Under the pieces are notes generated by a model. The model was not told where the DNA came from and ran no database searches. It was given only the letters and a program-made list of their open reading frames with translations. Made by a program: the position numbers and the translations under genes. A stretch of 64,000 nucleotides of DNA from Ruditapes philippinarum (lineage: Eukaryota). The DNA lies in assembly GCF_026571515.1 (NCBI RefSeq), contig NW_026863297.1, positions 248,001 through 312,000 of the forward strand, in the 5' to 3' direction. Positions within the stretch are counted from its first letter, which is position 1; the number at the start of each line of letters is the position of its first letter. Shown here one piece after another: positions 51,201 through 62,974 of this stretch.

Positions 51201-54200
51201 GTGGACTGGTTACTTTATGTAAAAAGAATTTTTATTAATTTTGATTCACAGTCTAAAAATTCCACTAACTCATTTTCATTAAACCAGTCTAGGGGGGAAG
51301 TTTACTGTGTGTTGCTTTATGTGGGGGCTTTGGAGTTGATTAACCTTTTTTGAATTAAAGAAATAAAGATAATAAAAGATAAAGAGATAACAAGATTTGT
51401 CTTCCTTCTGAACACCTATACTAATACATGAGGGTATTTTTTGTAAATTAGAGAACTGTATCTAGCTTGAAACAGAGAACAGAAGCTATGATCTTAATTG
51501 AGATTTATCTTTCTAAAACTGCATGGGTTCATAAAAACATTCATTCCATCACCCTGGAAGTATTAATGTTTGTCTAAAGTACTCAACAATGATTATTCAC
51601 TTCCTGCTTTACCTAAATTAATTAAAATTAATCCAAACAAAAAGAAAATGCTTTTTAATTCATGTTTGAATGAACTTATATCTAATTTTTATTTAAAATT
51701 GGGTTTAATGTCGCACCTACACAGTATACTATCATATGGCACCTTTTCCAGCTTTACTGGTGAGGCAAGATCTCGGGTGCCCCACTGTGCCTGAATTAGC
51801 ATCTGAGTAGAACCACCAACATTCAGTAACCTAACCTGTTCTCATATGAAAGAATCCTAAGATACTTGCACCCAGAGGCAAGTTGTTTGAAGTCACTGAT
51901 TTTAACCATTCAGCCACAGATGCCCTTTTATCTAAACTGTTAATAGATGTAAGTAACAACAAATTTTGAATGGGGTTTGTAAAGTGCAACTTCCAACCCT
52001 CCCATAGTGAAAGAAAACCCTGAAGTTACTCTTAAATAGAGTGCCTATATAGGTGTTTTACTTATTCTCTATACAACGTCTCCACTTCAGTTACACCATT
52101 TTGACTTAGTCAGGTCAGAACTTTTTAGATCCATTGTTAATAAGTATTTCATTTATTATAAATCATTTCAATATGCGAGACTACCATCAGCATGGTCTCA
52201 GAGTCAGGCTTGCCCGAACTTTAATCGCCATCTAAGCTTCTCAGTTTTTTGAAAATTTGAAAAATATTTGCTTATGAAATCTCTTATGCTCTGTTCTAAT
52301 ATAACGAAGTAAGAAAATGTCTGTTATGTCCATTTTACAAAATCAGCAGGGTACAGAATAATAAAGTGATTACTGAACTTTGCAGCATATTATATTTCTG
52401 CTAAATATATTTTAATCTTTAAAATCTAATATATAATCTGCTTATATATATATAAAAGATCTTACTTTTAATAATAATTTTATAATATTACATGAAGAAT
52501 TAATATTGTTAGTAAACAAAATTATGCTCAATATACATGTATATTTAAGATTCAAGTTTCGTTTTATGTGACTGTTTTATTTTGACTTGAAAACAAAAAA
52601 GCACCTACCATTTATTATCACTGGCTTGTTAAATGTTGCATATTAACTGGGGATTACACCCATGTCTTGTTTATACATGTATATATATATATCCAGCTAT
52701 AACATTTATCGTTTCACTAAAATGGTCCAGTGTTCACATAAAAAGCGACTAGGGAACTGTTTCACTAATTAATTGAACTTTTTCTTATAACAATTAATAT
52801 TCAAAAGAACAAACAGGCTATGTACTGTTTATTATTAATATAAAAGCACTTTTTGTTAAAATAAAGATAATATTAATAAAAATTATCATTTAACTGATGA
52901 TCCGTCCCATATATATCGTATATATCCGTTTTTAAGCCAATATAATCCACTGTTAAATATCCATCAAACAACTAAATAACAAAATGTATATTCCTCTACT
53001 TTTATATGTCTTTGAAAGATTACTTTAAATGTCCGATTTATTTTCACAAAGCTTTGAAAAATATCCAATAAGCTTATCCAAAAACTGTTTACAATTTGAA
53101 ATCTATTAATCAACACAATGTCCGATTCACATGTAAAACTGAACAATTAAATAATCTGCTTATATCCAATACATTGTAGTATAAAAACTGTTAAAACAAA
53201 AAAAAAATGTCTGAATTCTAAGTTAAGCTTTGAGAAATGCAACTACAATGTATACATCTTATAATTGTATAAAATTGAAATATACAAAATGTACGCAAGA
53301 AATAGATAAACATGAAGTGGCGAGTCAATAGCCGACTTCCTTCCTATATTAGATCTTTAGATGCGTTTGTGTTACAGTCATTAAATAACAATATTAACTT
53401 AAACATTAAAAACAATATTGATAAACAAAAAATCGTTTTTCTCAAATTTGAACGTTATAATTATTATACAGTGGTGAATTCATGCAAGACCGGATTTTGT
53501 CGATGTTTTGTTGTATACAATGTACACTATTTTGCTGTTGAATGCACATTGAATATGCTTATCTACATAAAAGATGAAGTTTACATTATACACAGCTTAC
53601 ATACAATGAATATACAATCTATAGATGTAAGAAATCAATAGCCTACAGAGGTAACATTTCGTGTTTCAGATGAAAAGAAAAAAAAAAGCTCTTATGAGTA
53701 AATATTCTCTTGCTTTCTTGTGAATGAATTCAGTTATGAGAGGTTTCACAGGTAGAAGAAATCCCTGACTAAGAGTTTATGTTCCTAATGAATGAAACAA
53801 GAAAGCTTTTATGGTCCTGCATTGCTCACCTGAAATTCTTGTCTGAATGTGACCTTCTTGAACGTGTGATTTAATGGAATATAGTTAATGGTTTACTTTA
53901 ATTAATATATAACTTTGCCTGCACATGCCTTAACTCTAAGTTTATTGAAAAATGATAAAATTATGACATTTTCAAACAGATCTTGTCACTCTGACATGGT
54001 CACATGTAGATAAAGGTAGTTCACTTTGAACTATTTGTCACTTAATGCTGTGGATTTGAATCATGCTGGGAGTGATTGATACTTGTATGGTTATCTTTTC
54101 AGTCACACAGATATTGTTACGGGCAAATGGTGACTTTCCCAGTCAAGACTTAATGTGCCCTCCATGCTTAATATTTCAGTCTGAGTAGAGCTACTGACCT

Positions 54201-56280
54201 GTATGCCAGCTGGATAGCTTCCTCAAATGAAAGAATCCAAAGTCCTGACAGGATTTAAAAGGTTTGAATTCAGTAACCGTAGTCACTTGGCCACACAGAT
54301 ACCTTTTTATTTAAAGGCCACACAAATACCTTTATTATTTAAGAAAGGTTAGCTTGTATAGAATTCTCACAATTTGTTTCCTGTCTGAAATAATGTATAT
54401 TGATATTCTAGGGAAAGGGTAGGGGATATAGAAAGTACCCAGATAACCGTACAAGTGTAAATGCGACTGTAAACTTATCAACTGGAAAAAAGATTTTAAA
54501 GCGGAATATGTTTGCATGATTGAAGAAAGGAGAAAAAGATGCTTGATTTTCTAAAAATAACAGAGGATGCCATTCCTTCCACCAGTGTACAAAGAAGGGA
54601 ATATAATGAAAATAGTATGATAGAGCAAACTAAAGCAATACACATGCAAGTCATGCTTACTACATAGTACATACCCAAGTTTGAAAAATTATGCATTCAA
54701 TTAAAATCCAGAGAAAATACAGAATCAGCCATAAAAAAAACGACAAATATCCAATGTTATTTTCAAATGCCACCAAACAAATAGTGCACAATAATCAATC
54801 AAGATGCACTAAGTCTATTTATGGTGCACAACAAAATTCCCAAGAAGACATCATCCAGTACAAACATGTACAATTTATCTTACCTTCTTTTTGGAATCAG
54901 ACAGCGAGTCAAAATCACAGTCGAAGTCTTCGAAACTAAGTTCACATTTTGACCAATTCTCATCAAATAGTTCGGCAGGATTTAGGGGAAGAAGTCCGTA
55001 ATCGAAACTCTGTGACACACAGCCTCTTTTCTCTGTGGACCCAGTCTGACCTGCAGACTGTTCAACAGTACTTTCAACATCACATGACAAACAGTTTCTA
55101 TTTTTAGCACAAGAAGACAGAACAGCACCGTTAGTGTTTCTATAATCATTAGTGTTACAATTTTCAGAATCACCGAGTTTGTTAGATTTAAGATTGCGTA
55201 GTTTCGGAGGAGATCTGATATGTGAGTTAAAAGAAAAAGAAGAGGAAGAGAGGGAGTTCAAGCGAGATTGTGGTATGCTTTTATTTCGTTCCAGATTAAA
55301 TCTTTGAAGCGCTTTACTTACATGGTTATCACTGTCTGATACCGAGTTTGTCTGAGAATTTGCACGAGATGAAGATGATCCTGAGGAAGTATTCGAACTT
55401 CTATCAGAAGTAGAATGTCTTGTTAATTTTGATCTTACATCACTGCTCTCTAAACTACCACTAGTCCTTTTATCTGATGCTGTAGAAATATTACTGATCC
55501 TTTTTTCTACAGTTGTAATTTCTTCCACTTCTTCTCCTGTTCCGTCATTGTCATCCCCAACTTCCTGTACCCACTCGTTCCATCCAGAATCCTCTGGATC
55601 TATATCTAATTTCAGTTTAGCATCTTCACTTATTGCCTCGCCATTTTCTAAATGTTCACTCTCGCTACTTACAGACTTAGCGGGTTCTGGTTTTAATTTA
55701 TTCTCATTTATCTTAGCTACAAGAGCTTTAACATAACCTTCTTCCATTACTGCTGTATTAAAACTTTCATCCTGAGAATCTGAACAATAGAACTGTTTGA
55801 TATTTTTGTTTATTTCTCTGATTTCTTGATCAAACTCTTCATTTCTGAAGGTTTTTTGTTTCTGTAAAGGCGAATGTGATCCAGGTTGGGAACAAACTGA
55901 ATCAGTGTCACTAGATTCATTTAAAGCCTGAAAACTTTTTAATCTTTCTTTAACAAGTCCATGAAATGTAGGTGAAGCAGGTGTTGACCAAGACTTCCGT
56001 TTAGATGTTGGCGAAAAATCACTCGTTGATTCTAATAATGATGAGCCTTTACCAGAATCAGTTGATTCACCACTAGCAGGTCTGTTTGAGCATGATAATA
56101 ATTCCTCAACAATAGCTTCTGCCTGTTGTAGACACTTTTCAGAATCTGGCGAAAGTGGTTCTTCTGGAACCTCTACCGGCTCTTCATTTGTTGTGTTCAG
56201 GCCATTGCTATTGCGTCTGCTGACTCGCTTTGAAACAACTCGGTTTATAAGATGCTCAATAAACTTTGGTTTTCCTGGTG
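24154..56280 (-). CDS. FGD4: FYVE, RhoGEF and PH domain-containing protein (FGD1-4/frabin-like Cdc42 GEF), 5'-partial, 16 exons
   Basis: Spliced exons give DH ([42 protein letters not shown]), PH1, FYVE ([16 protein letters not shown]) and PH2 in the canonical FGD order. Phases are consistent except the damaged exon at about 41.1 kb. The exact paralog name is tentative. Confidence 0.92.
25645..25793 (-). CDS. FGD4: FGD-like exon, PH2
   Basis: [49 protein letters not shown](Q). Confidence 0.93.
26480..26608 (-). CDS. FGD4: FGD-like exon, PH2
   Basis: [43 protein letters not shown]. Confidence 0.93.
27402..27572 (-). CDS. FGD4: FGD-like exon, FYVE C-half
   Basis: [31 protein letters not shown]...PAIQ. 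Confidence 0.95.
27706..27999 (-). mobile_element. Short copy of the 10876-14786 Helentron-like family
   Basis: AACAAGAGCTGT and AATAGCTCTC..TTCTTC..GCTAAAAA are reverse complements of that element's ends. Confidence 0.65.
28123..28245 (-). CDS. FGD4: FGD-like exon, FYVE N-half
   Basis: [41 protein letters not shown]. Confidence 0.96.
29160..29903 (+). mobile_element. Degraded Helentron/HINE-like element
   Basis: GTCCCC..GGGGAC hairpin, (GTCT)n, AAGGTCAAGGTCAC cores, GTAACA-T-TGTTAC hairpin and CTTGTT end. Confidence 0.7.
30501..31154 (-). mobile_element. Helentron/HINE-like element inserted in a MITE
   Basis: AACAAG end, TTTTCAACGA / TCGTTGAAAA sub-TIR, internal repeat with about 210-bp offset; host MITE halves at 30379-30500 and 31155-31262. 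Confidence 0.65.
32015..32089 (-). CDS. Candidate frame-preserving cassette exon of the FGD-like gene ([25 protein letters not shown])
   Basis: ttttatcag acceptor, CTG|GTACAC donor, 75 nt, phase 0-0, open frame; no homology support. Confidence 0.3.
32100..33545. repeat. 39-bp minisatellite (ATTAACATGAAATTGAATCAGTTTATATGGAATGAATCA)
   Basis: About 25 clear plus about 10 degenerate tandem units; the unit is a diverged dimer of about 19-20 bp. Confidence 0.95.
34358..34562. mobile_element. Fold-back MITE, GAG...CTC termini, 4-bp TSD (Sola-like), internally deleted copy
   Basis: ATTT|GAGCCG ... CGACTC|ATTT. Confidence 0.82.
35082..35186 (-). CDS. FGD4: FGD-like exon, PH1-FYVE linker
   Basis: [35 protein letters not shown]; ttttcag / GTGAGT. 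Confidence 0.85.
35334..35367 (-). CDS. FGD4: FGD-like 34-nt exon, PH1 C-terminal helix
   Basis: [11 protein letters not shown] supplies the conserved PH tryptophan and repairs phase 2 to 0; tacag / GTAAGT. Confidence 0.85.
36678..36841 (-). CDS. FGD4: FGD-like exon, PH1
   Basis: [45 protein letters not shown]. Confidence 0.92.
36925..37205 (+). mobile_element. Degraded tRNA-derived SINE
   Basis: CAGGGACTTGGA and TTCCTCCACCA..GTAAAGCTGG match the 19216 copy. Confidence 0.65.
37557..37709 (-). CDS. FGD4: FGD-like exon, PH1 start
   Basis: [39 protein letters not shown]; GTGAGT donor. Confidence 0.94.
39304..39362 (-). CDS. FGD4: FGD-like exon, DH domain end
   Basis: [19 protein letters not shown]; cag / GTATGT. 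Confidence 0.93.
39634..39889 (-). mobile_element. tRNA-derived SINE, near full length
   Basis: Reverse complement of the 19216 copy from GGGGCGTCC through to the tail. Confidence 0.85.
39999..40049 (-). CDS. FGD4: FGD-like exon, DH domain
   Basis: [17 protein letters not shown](K); cag / GTAAGT. Confidence 0.93.
41125..41222 (-). CDS. FGD4: FGD-like exon, DH domain, frameshifted as assembled
   Basis: PE(C)GQL / [13 protein letters not shown] / PRYE / LLK are readable only across several 1-2 nt insertions; donor AAAG|GTAAAA intact; acceptor boundary approximate. Confidence 0.8.
42555..42711 (-). CDS. FGD4: FGD-like exon, DH domain
   Basis: [52 protein letters not shown]. Confidence 0.95.
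43768..43916 (-). CDS. FGD4: FGD-like exon, DH domain
   Basis: [49 protein letters not shown](W). Confidence 0.95.
44631..44866. mobile_element. Fold-back MITE, GAG...CTC termini, 4-bp TSD (Sola-like)
   Basis: ATTT|GAGCCGTGTCACGAC ... GTCGTGACACGGCTC|ATTT, about 100-bp arms. Confidence 0.9.
45400..46290. repeat. 24-bp minisatellite (ACTAGGCATTACCTGATCTACCTA) abutting an FGD exon donor
   Basis: About 35 tandem units; explains the spurious (TRHYLIYL)n ORF. Confidence 0.95.
46309..46407 (-). CDS. FGD4: FGD-like exon, DH domain start
   Basis: [33 protein letters not shown]; tag acceptor, CAG|GTAATA donor. Confidence 0.95.
46745..46942. repeat. 22-bp minisatellite (CATGGTCCCTGCGTTGAGAGGA), about 9 units
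   Basis: Near-identical tandem units at 22-bp spacing. Confidence 0.93.
46947..47107 (-). mobile_element. tRNA-derived SINE, 3'-truncated at the 22-bp array
   Basis: GTGCATTATTTCAGGCAC..GTAAGCTAGCTGGATAGCT matches the family body. Confidence 0.75.
49933..50167. mobile_element. Fold-back MITE, GAG...CTC termini, 4-bp TSD (Sola-like)
   Basis: ATAT|GAGCCGCGTCAC ... GTGACGCGGCTC|ATAT, about 100-bp arms. Confidence 0.9.
51697..51925 (-). mobile_element. Degraded tRNA-derived SINE
   Basis: GGGTTTAATGTCGCACC..CCAGCTTTACTGGTG..GAGTAGAACCACC match the family. Confidence 0.72.
54884..56280 (-). CDS. FGD4: FGD-like large N-terminal exon (1397 nt, Ser/Glu-rich, probably disordered)
   Basis: Inside the 495-aa ORF; ttttcag acceptor at 56281-56283; AAG|GTAAGA donor at 54883; phase 0 joins the first DH exon. 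Confidence 0.85.
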
Positions 56281-57639
56281 CTGAAAATACATAAATATAC
56301 AAAATTATATTAAAATCAATAACTATATGCAACATATCCAAAAAGATTTTTGGGTTGAACAAGGGTCATGACCTCATTTAGAACCTGACACAAGATCCCT
56401 TTGTTTAGGGGCAGGAACCTTTAAAACCTGACAGTCTGCTTTACATTAAAACTACATCTACCATATTGTCTCTATTAAATGCACTCAGGGACTTGTTAAT
56501 TGGAAACAATACGGTATGTTATATTATAAGTTTATGACAAATTTGTACATATCCATTTCATGTTCAGTCTCTCAATAAAAACAATGCCTCTTTTCTTTGA
56601 CTGACCATGATTTATATTCACAAATACAAAATCTCTGCAGATTTTAAACTTCCTTTATATCTAATATAGATGTAAAAACATGCCTATGAATGTCACAAGT
56701 TTTTCCTGCACAAAAAACTGAACACTTGAACTGAAGAAAACAGAATCATAACTGCATTTATCATTAAAACTTATCAAAATGACAAACCTTTTAAACCTGA
56801 AAGGAGTCCTATCAAAGAGTGTATCCCATTCAAATTTACTGGATTAATTTCAACAGAATACCGATTCGCCTTTTTAGAAAAATGTCCAATCATTTTATTG
56901 TAACCTGACACTTCACCAAATTTATTTATTTTTCCTCTTTAAAAAAAAAACTTCATTCACATCTTTTTAATCCACTTTTTTGCAATTTTAACTGGGGCGT
57001 ATTTTCCTATATTTTTGATTTAAAGTTGACGAAAATAAAAAAGAAGAAAAGATTTACACAAAACAACCCATATCACGCTATGAAAAATTTATATTATGAA
57101 TTCATATACATGTTTATAAAAATATTGTAACATCAATTTCATTTCTTTTATGATTTCCCATTAAACCATTAAAATTTCTTTTACATCTATCATATGTTTT
57201 CACTGTCCATTAAATTTAACAACTGCGGACACCGAAAATAGTATACTTTATATTTAAAAATATAAAAGTCTTTCAGGAATGGCTTATTAAGTATATAAAG
57301 ATGATATAAAGTATATGATTCAAGTTCGATCTTATTTTATTTTTCTTGTTTATGATAGATTCCTTAAATGTATCGAAGCATGTTGTACTTTTCTCAATAG
57401 GTTCAAGTTTCCTCCGTAAACCATATTTCAAACCCACCATTGTTTCTATACCCTTTTTAACCAAGGTTAAGGAAATTGCAAGGTTATTTGGTGCAGAAAT
57501 AACAGGGTATGTGTGATGTCATCACTGGAGATCTATACTTAACTCCCTATTGATGATGTTGTTGGTTGATTTTGTTTGTTTTTTTGTGTTGTTTTCGGGG
57601 GGGGGGGGGGGGGGGTGTAGGGCAGGGGAAAGTGGGGTT

Positions 57640-57890
57640 GGGGGTTAATGTTGCATCAAAACTGTAAAGATCATAAAGCAAATTTTTAACTGGTGAAGAA
57701 AGACCTCAGGTGCCCCTCCATTATTTCAGGCACAAATAGGCACAATAGAACAGCTGACATACCATATAAGCCAGCTGGTTAGCTTCCTCACTTGAAAGTA
57801 TCCAAAGTCCCTTGTTGAATTCAAACCCACAGCGGTAAAGGGCAAATGGTTTGAAGTTTATAACCTTAACTATTTGGCTACAGGCACCCC
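57640..57890 (-). mobile_element. Degraded tRNA-derived SINE
   Basis: GACCTCAGGTGCCCCTCC..AGCTTCCTCAC..GGTTTGAAGT..ACCTTAAC; further fragments at about 54105-54305, 58706-58865 and 59210-59340. Confidence 0.75.
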
Positions 57891-59751
57891 AATCCTATTT
57901 TCCCTTATTTTAGAGGACAGCAACAAATGCAGAAATAATTTCATCCCAGGAGAAGTCACTGTTTCTTAAATGTTACATTACAAGATTTATTTAAACCATA
58001 TCCACACTAAATATCTAACATGGACTTGTCCATCTTACAATCTGGAAAAAAAACATTTATCAGTTTTAGGGAGAATTTCAAAATACAAGTACATGTATGT
58101 ACAGACTGGATAGTGAACAGTGCAGACGATGATCAGACAGACACAGATGTGCTGGATGATCTTGGTCTACACTGGCTGCATGGTTTGATTCAATCTCCAC
58201 CACCAGCAGGTTGTGGTTAAAGTCTCATTCAATAGAATTTTTAGAAATTGTAGCTAGATATGCAGGGGTACAAGCTCACAAGCCCTAGATTTGAAGTCAG
58301 ATCACTGTATGAGAACAGGGTAGTTATTTATTGTAATACAAATGTTAATTTTTCTGCTGATTCTAAATTCAATTGTTCTCAAATAATCGATTTTCATTTA
58401 ACAGTAACATACTAGAATTTAAAAAGGAATAACCATATAAACACACCATACAGACTTCCATTAGCCAAAAATTCTTATGATTCCATGCTACTTGTTTATT
58501 CCAAGCAGCCAAAACCATGGAGATTTTTCTCTCTTTTTTGTATTATATATTCAAATCAATATGTACATACAGTTTTGTAGTATGGACTAGAATAATTCAT
58601 TGCCAAAATGATATATCACAGTGCCTGAATTTTAGCATAAAGGAAAAATAATCATAATTTCTATCAAATTTATTTCTATTATACATTTATATATGCTATA
58701 CAAAACTGGCACCTGAGTAATACCACCAACATTCTGTAAGCTAGCTCAGGAAAGTTTTCTCACATGAAAGAATATGAAGACGCTGGCGTGGTTAGTGAAC
58801 CTACAGTAGTAAGAGGCAAGTGGATTGAAGACACAGACGTTACCACTGGCCTATGGATGCTCCCAGAGCAAAATCATGTACAATGTACTATCTCAATGAA
58901 TATTAAATAACAAATAAAATCTAAATATTTTAATCTCTCACCATGGTAAATCTTATTTAATGATACATAACCTATTTCAAACCAGGAAGTCCACAAAATA
59001 TTCACTTTAAAAACCAGATTATCTCAGTCTTTTAACATCTATTCATTTAAATTCAATTTGCATTTTGTATACATCATTGTAAAATACAGGATGAAACATA
59101 CAAAAGGTCTGAACTTTTTTTAAAGATGTGTTCAATCAGGAAGTACATTTTGTATAGTAATCATACATTAACTTTTTTTAAGAATTTGTAGAGTTTTCAC
59201 AGCCTCTTTTTGTGTTCTGTAAGTTAGCTGGATAGCCTCCTCACAAGAAAGTATCCAAGACCTTTTGACTTGATTCAAACCTTGAACAGCAGTCCAGGTC
59301 TTTCAAACCTTGAACAGCAGTGTGGGACCTTAACCCAGTGTCTTTCTTTATCACTTTGGTATAAGAAATTAATTTCAAAAAGGAAACATAAACTAAAGTC
59401 ATGTATCACTCATTTTCTTACAATCTTGTATAAAAGTGTTTAGATAGTTGTTTTTTTAACCTTTTGCAAAATATAGAATCTAATTGATTTTTTCAAGTAC
59501 ATTGTACTTTTGGCAATAACATATAAAACTGAATGGAAGACAAAATGGAGGCTGTACTGTATTGACATCTGGATGTATGAATCAGAATTTATCAATACTA
59601 GAAATTCTGCAGTTCCAGTGTATTCATTATTCATAGCCTATTAAGCTGTCTTTTATGATGTAAGAAGATCATTTTGATCATTAATTTATTAATCACATAG
59701 AAATAGTGTTATTAAAGCATTGGGTGCAAAAAAATTGTGTTTTTTTTCTCA

Positions 59752-60112
59752 AGAGAAAGGAGGGGGAGGGAAAGAAGAAGGGGAGGAAGATAGGGAAGTC
59801 AGTAAAGGGGGGAATTAAGAAGAGAGGGTGGGAGAATGGGAGTGAAGATTGGAGTGGGTAAAGGCTGAAGAGGGGGAAGTCAGTAAAGGGGGAGGAGGGA
59901 GGTGGAGAAGGCAAGAGGAGCAAGGGAATGGGAATAAGGGGATGGGGAATGAGGGAAGGGGAAATATGTAAGGTGGAGGGGAAAGATGGGAAGTGAGAAA
60001 AAGGAGGTAGAAGGGAGTTGGAAAGGGGAAGTGGGGGAAGGGAGTGGGAGGAGGAAGATGAAAAGAATTGGGGATAGATAGGAGAGGAAGAAGTGGGAAA
60101 GGAAAGCTAGGT
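59752..60112. repeat. Polypurine/polypyrimidine (GA-rich) low-complexity tract
   Basis: About 360 bp almost entirely G and A on + strand, many GGG runs. Confidence 0.9.
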
Positions 60113-60469
60113 AAAATTCCAGGCAATTCACAAAGGACACTTGCATATCATACTTTGTAAAATCAAGAAGGAAAAACAAAAAAACAAACAAAAGAATACA
60201 TAACAAATATATAAATCCATAAATGTTAACACTATTTTATATAAATTTCAAACATAATTCTTTATACCTACCCCACATACACATCCTGATGTCTGTAACG
60301 ATCTCACAAAACCACCAGACAATAGTTAGTATCAAGTAAAACATTGATTCATCTTTCAACAGTCATACTTAATTAACAAAATTTATAACCAAAAAAAAAC
60401 AATCCATGAAAAAGCTTATTTTTCTTCTATATTAGATTTCATTTTCATATAACCAATTCTTCTTATTCA

Positions 60470-60725
60470 CACTTAACCTTTAATCATAAATGATTTTCAC
60501 ACTTTTCATTTAATAATCACACTTTTCAATCACACTTTTCATTTAATAATCAAACTGTTCATTTAAAATTACACTTTTCATTCAATAATCTCACTTTTCA
60601 TTTAATAATTCACACTGTTCATTTAATAATCACTCTTTTCATTTATTAATCACACTTTTCATTTAATCATAAATATTAATTCACATATTTCATATAATGA
60701 TAAATTTTAATTCACACTTTTCATG
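60470..60725. repeat. Degenerate about 20-bp minisatellite (CACACTTTTCATTTAATAAT)
   Basis: About 10 imperfect tandem units. Confidence 0.8.
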
Positions 60726-61649
60726 TTATCACAAATGTTACATTACTGTGGTGAACAGCAGAAATTATTTATTTCTCCAAAATTCCATAAAAAGAATAAT
60801 CTTTTATTGTATTAATTTATCTTCATCAATAATCCCAATAAGTTCACAAAAAAGATATTTTATCCAAAAATTTATTTGAAGCAGACGACAAAATATATTT
60901 TCAGCACAAATACCAGCACATCTCTCAACAACTTATGGTGAGTCATCAAACCAATACTCTTTTAGAATAATTCCATATTAGATCCAACATTAAACAATCT
61001 TCCTGCTTCGATTCTTTCCAAAAAAAAAAGAAATGCCAATTTTTTTCTTCATTATTTTTTTTTCACATCATGGTTCTGTTTTCTCCATGGTTGTGTTTCA
61101 TGAAATTTTCATGCATTTTTTTTTAAGTGTGTGTATAAGGACTGGAACCAGAGTATGAGCAAAATCAATTCCCGATGGGACTTGTGGGGGTGAATTAAGG
61201 AAGCTGAGAGATGTGGATCAATATCTTCTCTATAACAAGCCGAACACTCAGATTTGTCTTCTCTATATCATGCTTAAAGACAACAAATTTAGGGGGGAAA
61301 AAGGAAAGAATTAGTTAGGTTTTTTGGCATTAGTTATATGAAAAATAAATAAATGAACATTGTTTAGTTTTATCCTAAATGTCTGTGATTGCGTACATAT
61401 ACATTTACATTAAGAATTCTCATTCCACTTTCCACGCAATATGAAATCTAATAAATCATTTTAAGTTAAAGAAACTTTTGAAATTATTTTATAGGCCTCA
61501 AGTAAATTTTTTTTAAAACTTTTTTGGGACAAGTTTAATGAATTTATAGGTCATGTGACAATGTATGTGATATTGTTTCAATCACTTTATCACATACCTG
61601 TGCCGCTTTTCCAACTCAGTAAAAATGATATTATGGTTATATTTTTAAA

Positions 61650-61958
61650 AGGGCCATATAACCTTTATAACAAATATTATAATACTGCATGTTTGTTATG
61701 TTGCTTTTCATTGGATAATCGTGATGTTTATATAGTTTTATTTACACGGCTGTTGTCGATTTATGAAGAAATCTCACTTTTCTGACTAAAAATGATACAT
61801 GCTGTATTATAAATTAGTTATAAAGATTTTTAACAGGTTATATGGCCTTATATAAACGATTGTTTGCAATATATACCTCGCCTGGTGGCTAGGGTTATAT
61901 TTCAAAACAATCATTTATATAGGGCCATATAACCTGTTAAAAATCTTTATAACTAAAA
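61650..61958. mobile_element. Fold-back repeat element; related segment at about 43000-43200
   Basis: TTATAAAGATTTTTAACAGGTTATATGGCC / GGCCATATAACCTGTTAAAAATCTTTATAA inverted arms; TTTCATTGGATAATCGTGA and ATTTATGAAGAAATCTCACTTT shared with 43030-43115. Confidence 0.65.
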
Positions 61959-62974
61959 TATAAGAGCATATTCAGATACTTATCAGATAGCATAGGTGTA
62001 CACTGCCACTCGCTTGCCCAACTCATATATTCACATATTGGTCACATTAAAAATGGCCATATTAACTCTGAATTAACCCGCTGAATATTTTGTTCTGTAT
62101 TTGCCTAGAACAACCCACTTGAAGATTATTTTCTATTAGCAAAACAAAAAAAATATTACGCTACCAACAGTATCGAACCTGGTCAGACTGCTCCCATGGC
62201 TCGACTGGCTCTATACCAGTGGCAAAGGTTGATTACTTTTGGTTTCAACAGGGTAAGAAATAATCCATTAAAAAATTAAAATCTACAAATAAATATTTAA
62301 ACAAATATTTTAATCAAAAGCAACCAGGAAAAAAACCTCAAGAGATATACAAAACGTTTTAGCAAAATAACTTGCGTGACTGAATTGATTCCTACCTGTA
62401 TTGTTAAGTCTTTAAACACCTGTAATTTTCTATTGTCTTATTTAGAAGACATTTAAATAACTGTGGTTAGATTGGCATTAATTTTATAAAGCAAGAAATC
62501 AATGGCACAATTCAACCCCAGAAATGCAATTATAAAACATATTCTGTACAGTCAAAACCCTTTCTAACATATCAATTGCATAAAAAAACCCTAACTTTAC
62601 ATTTTGAGAAAATAAAAAAGTTATCATTAATTTTAATCATTTTCCCTTCATTGAGCCCCTTTGCATGAATGACCTTAAAATGCGGTCACAAATCAATATG
62701 GAGTGACTCAGATTTTTCATGAAACTCTTATAGAGCAAATCTATGCATTCTGAGTACAAGACTGATCTAGAATCCCAATATCCAATAATTATTCTCTGTC
62801 AATTACCTTGTATTGTGTTTTATTTAGTGCAGCAGTTTATAGAATTCCTATAAACAGGAGCAATTAACAACCAAGGAAGGTGAGGGTGTAAGGACACAAG
62901 ATAATGTTTCTGAAACAAAACGTAGAGTTTGATTCATTCAAATTAATGATGTAATAAAAAAATCTGATTAATAC

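Noticed and set aside
59693-60206. Pro/Phe/Leu-rich ORFs
   Set aside because: Translation of the polypyrimidine strand of the low-complexity tract.
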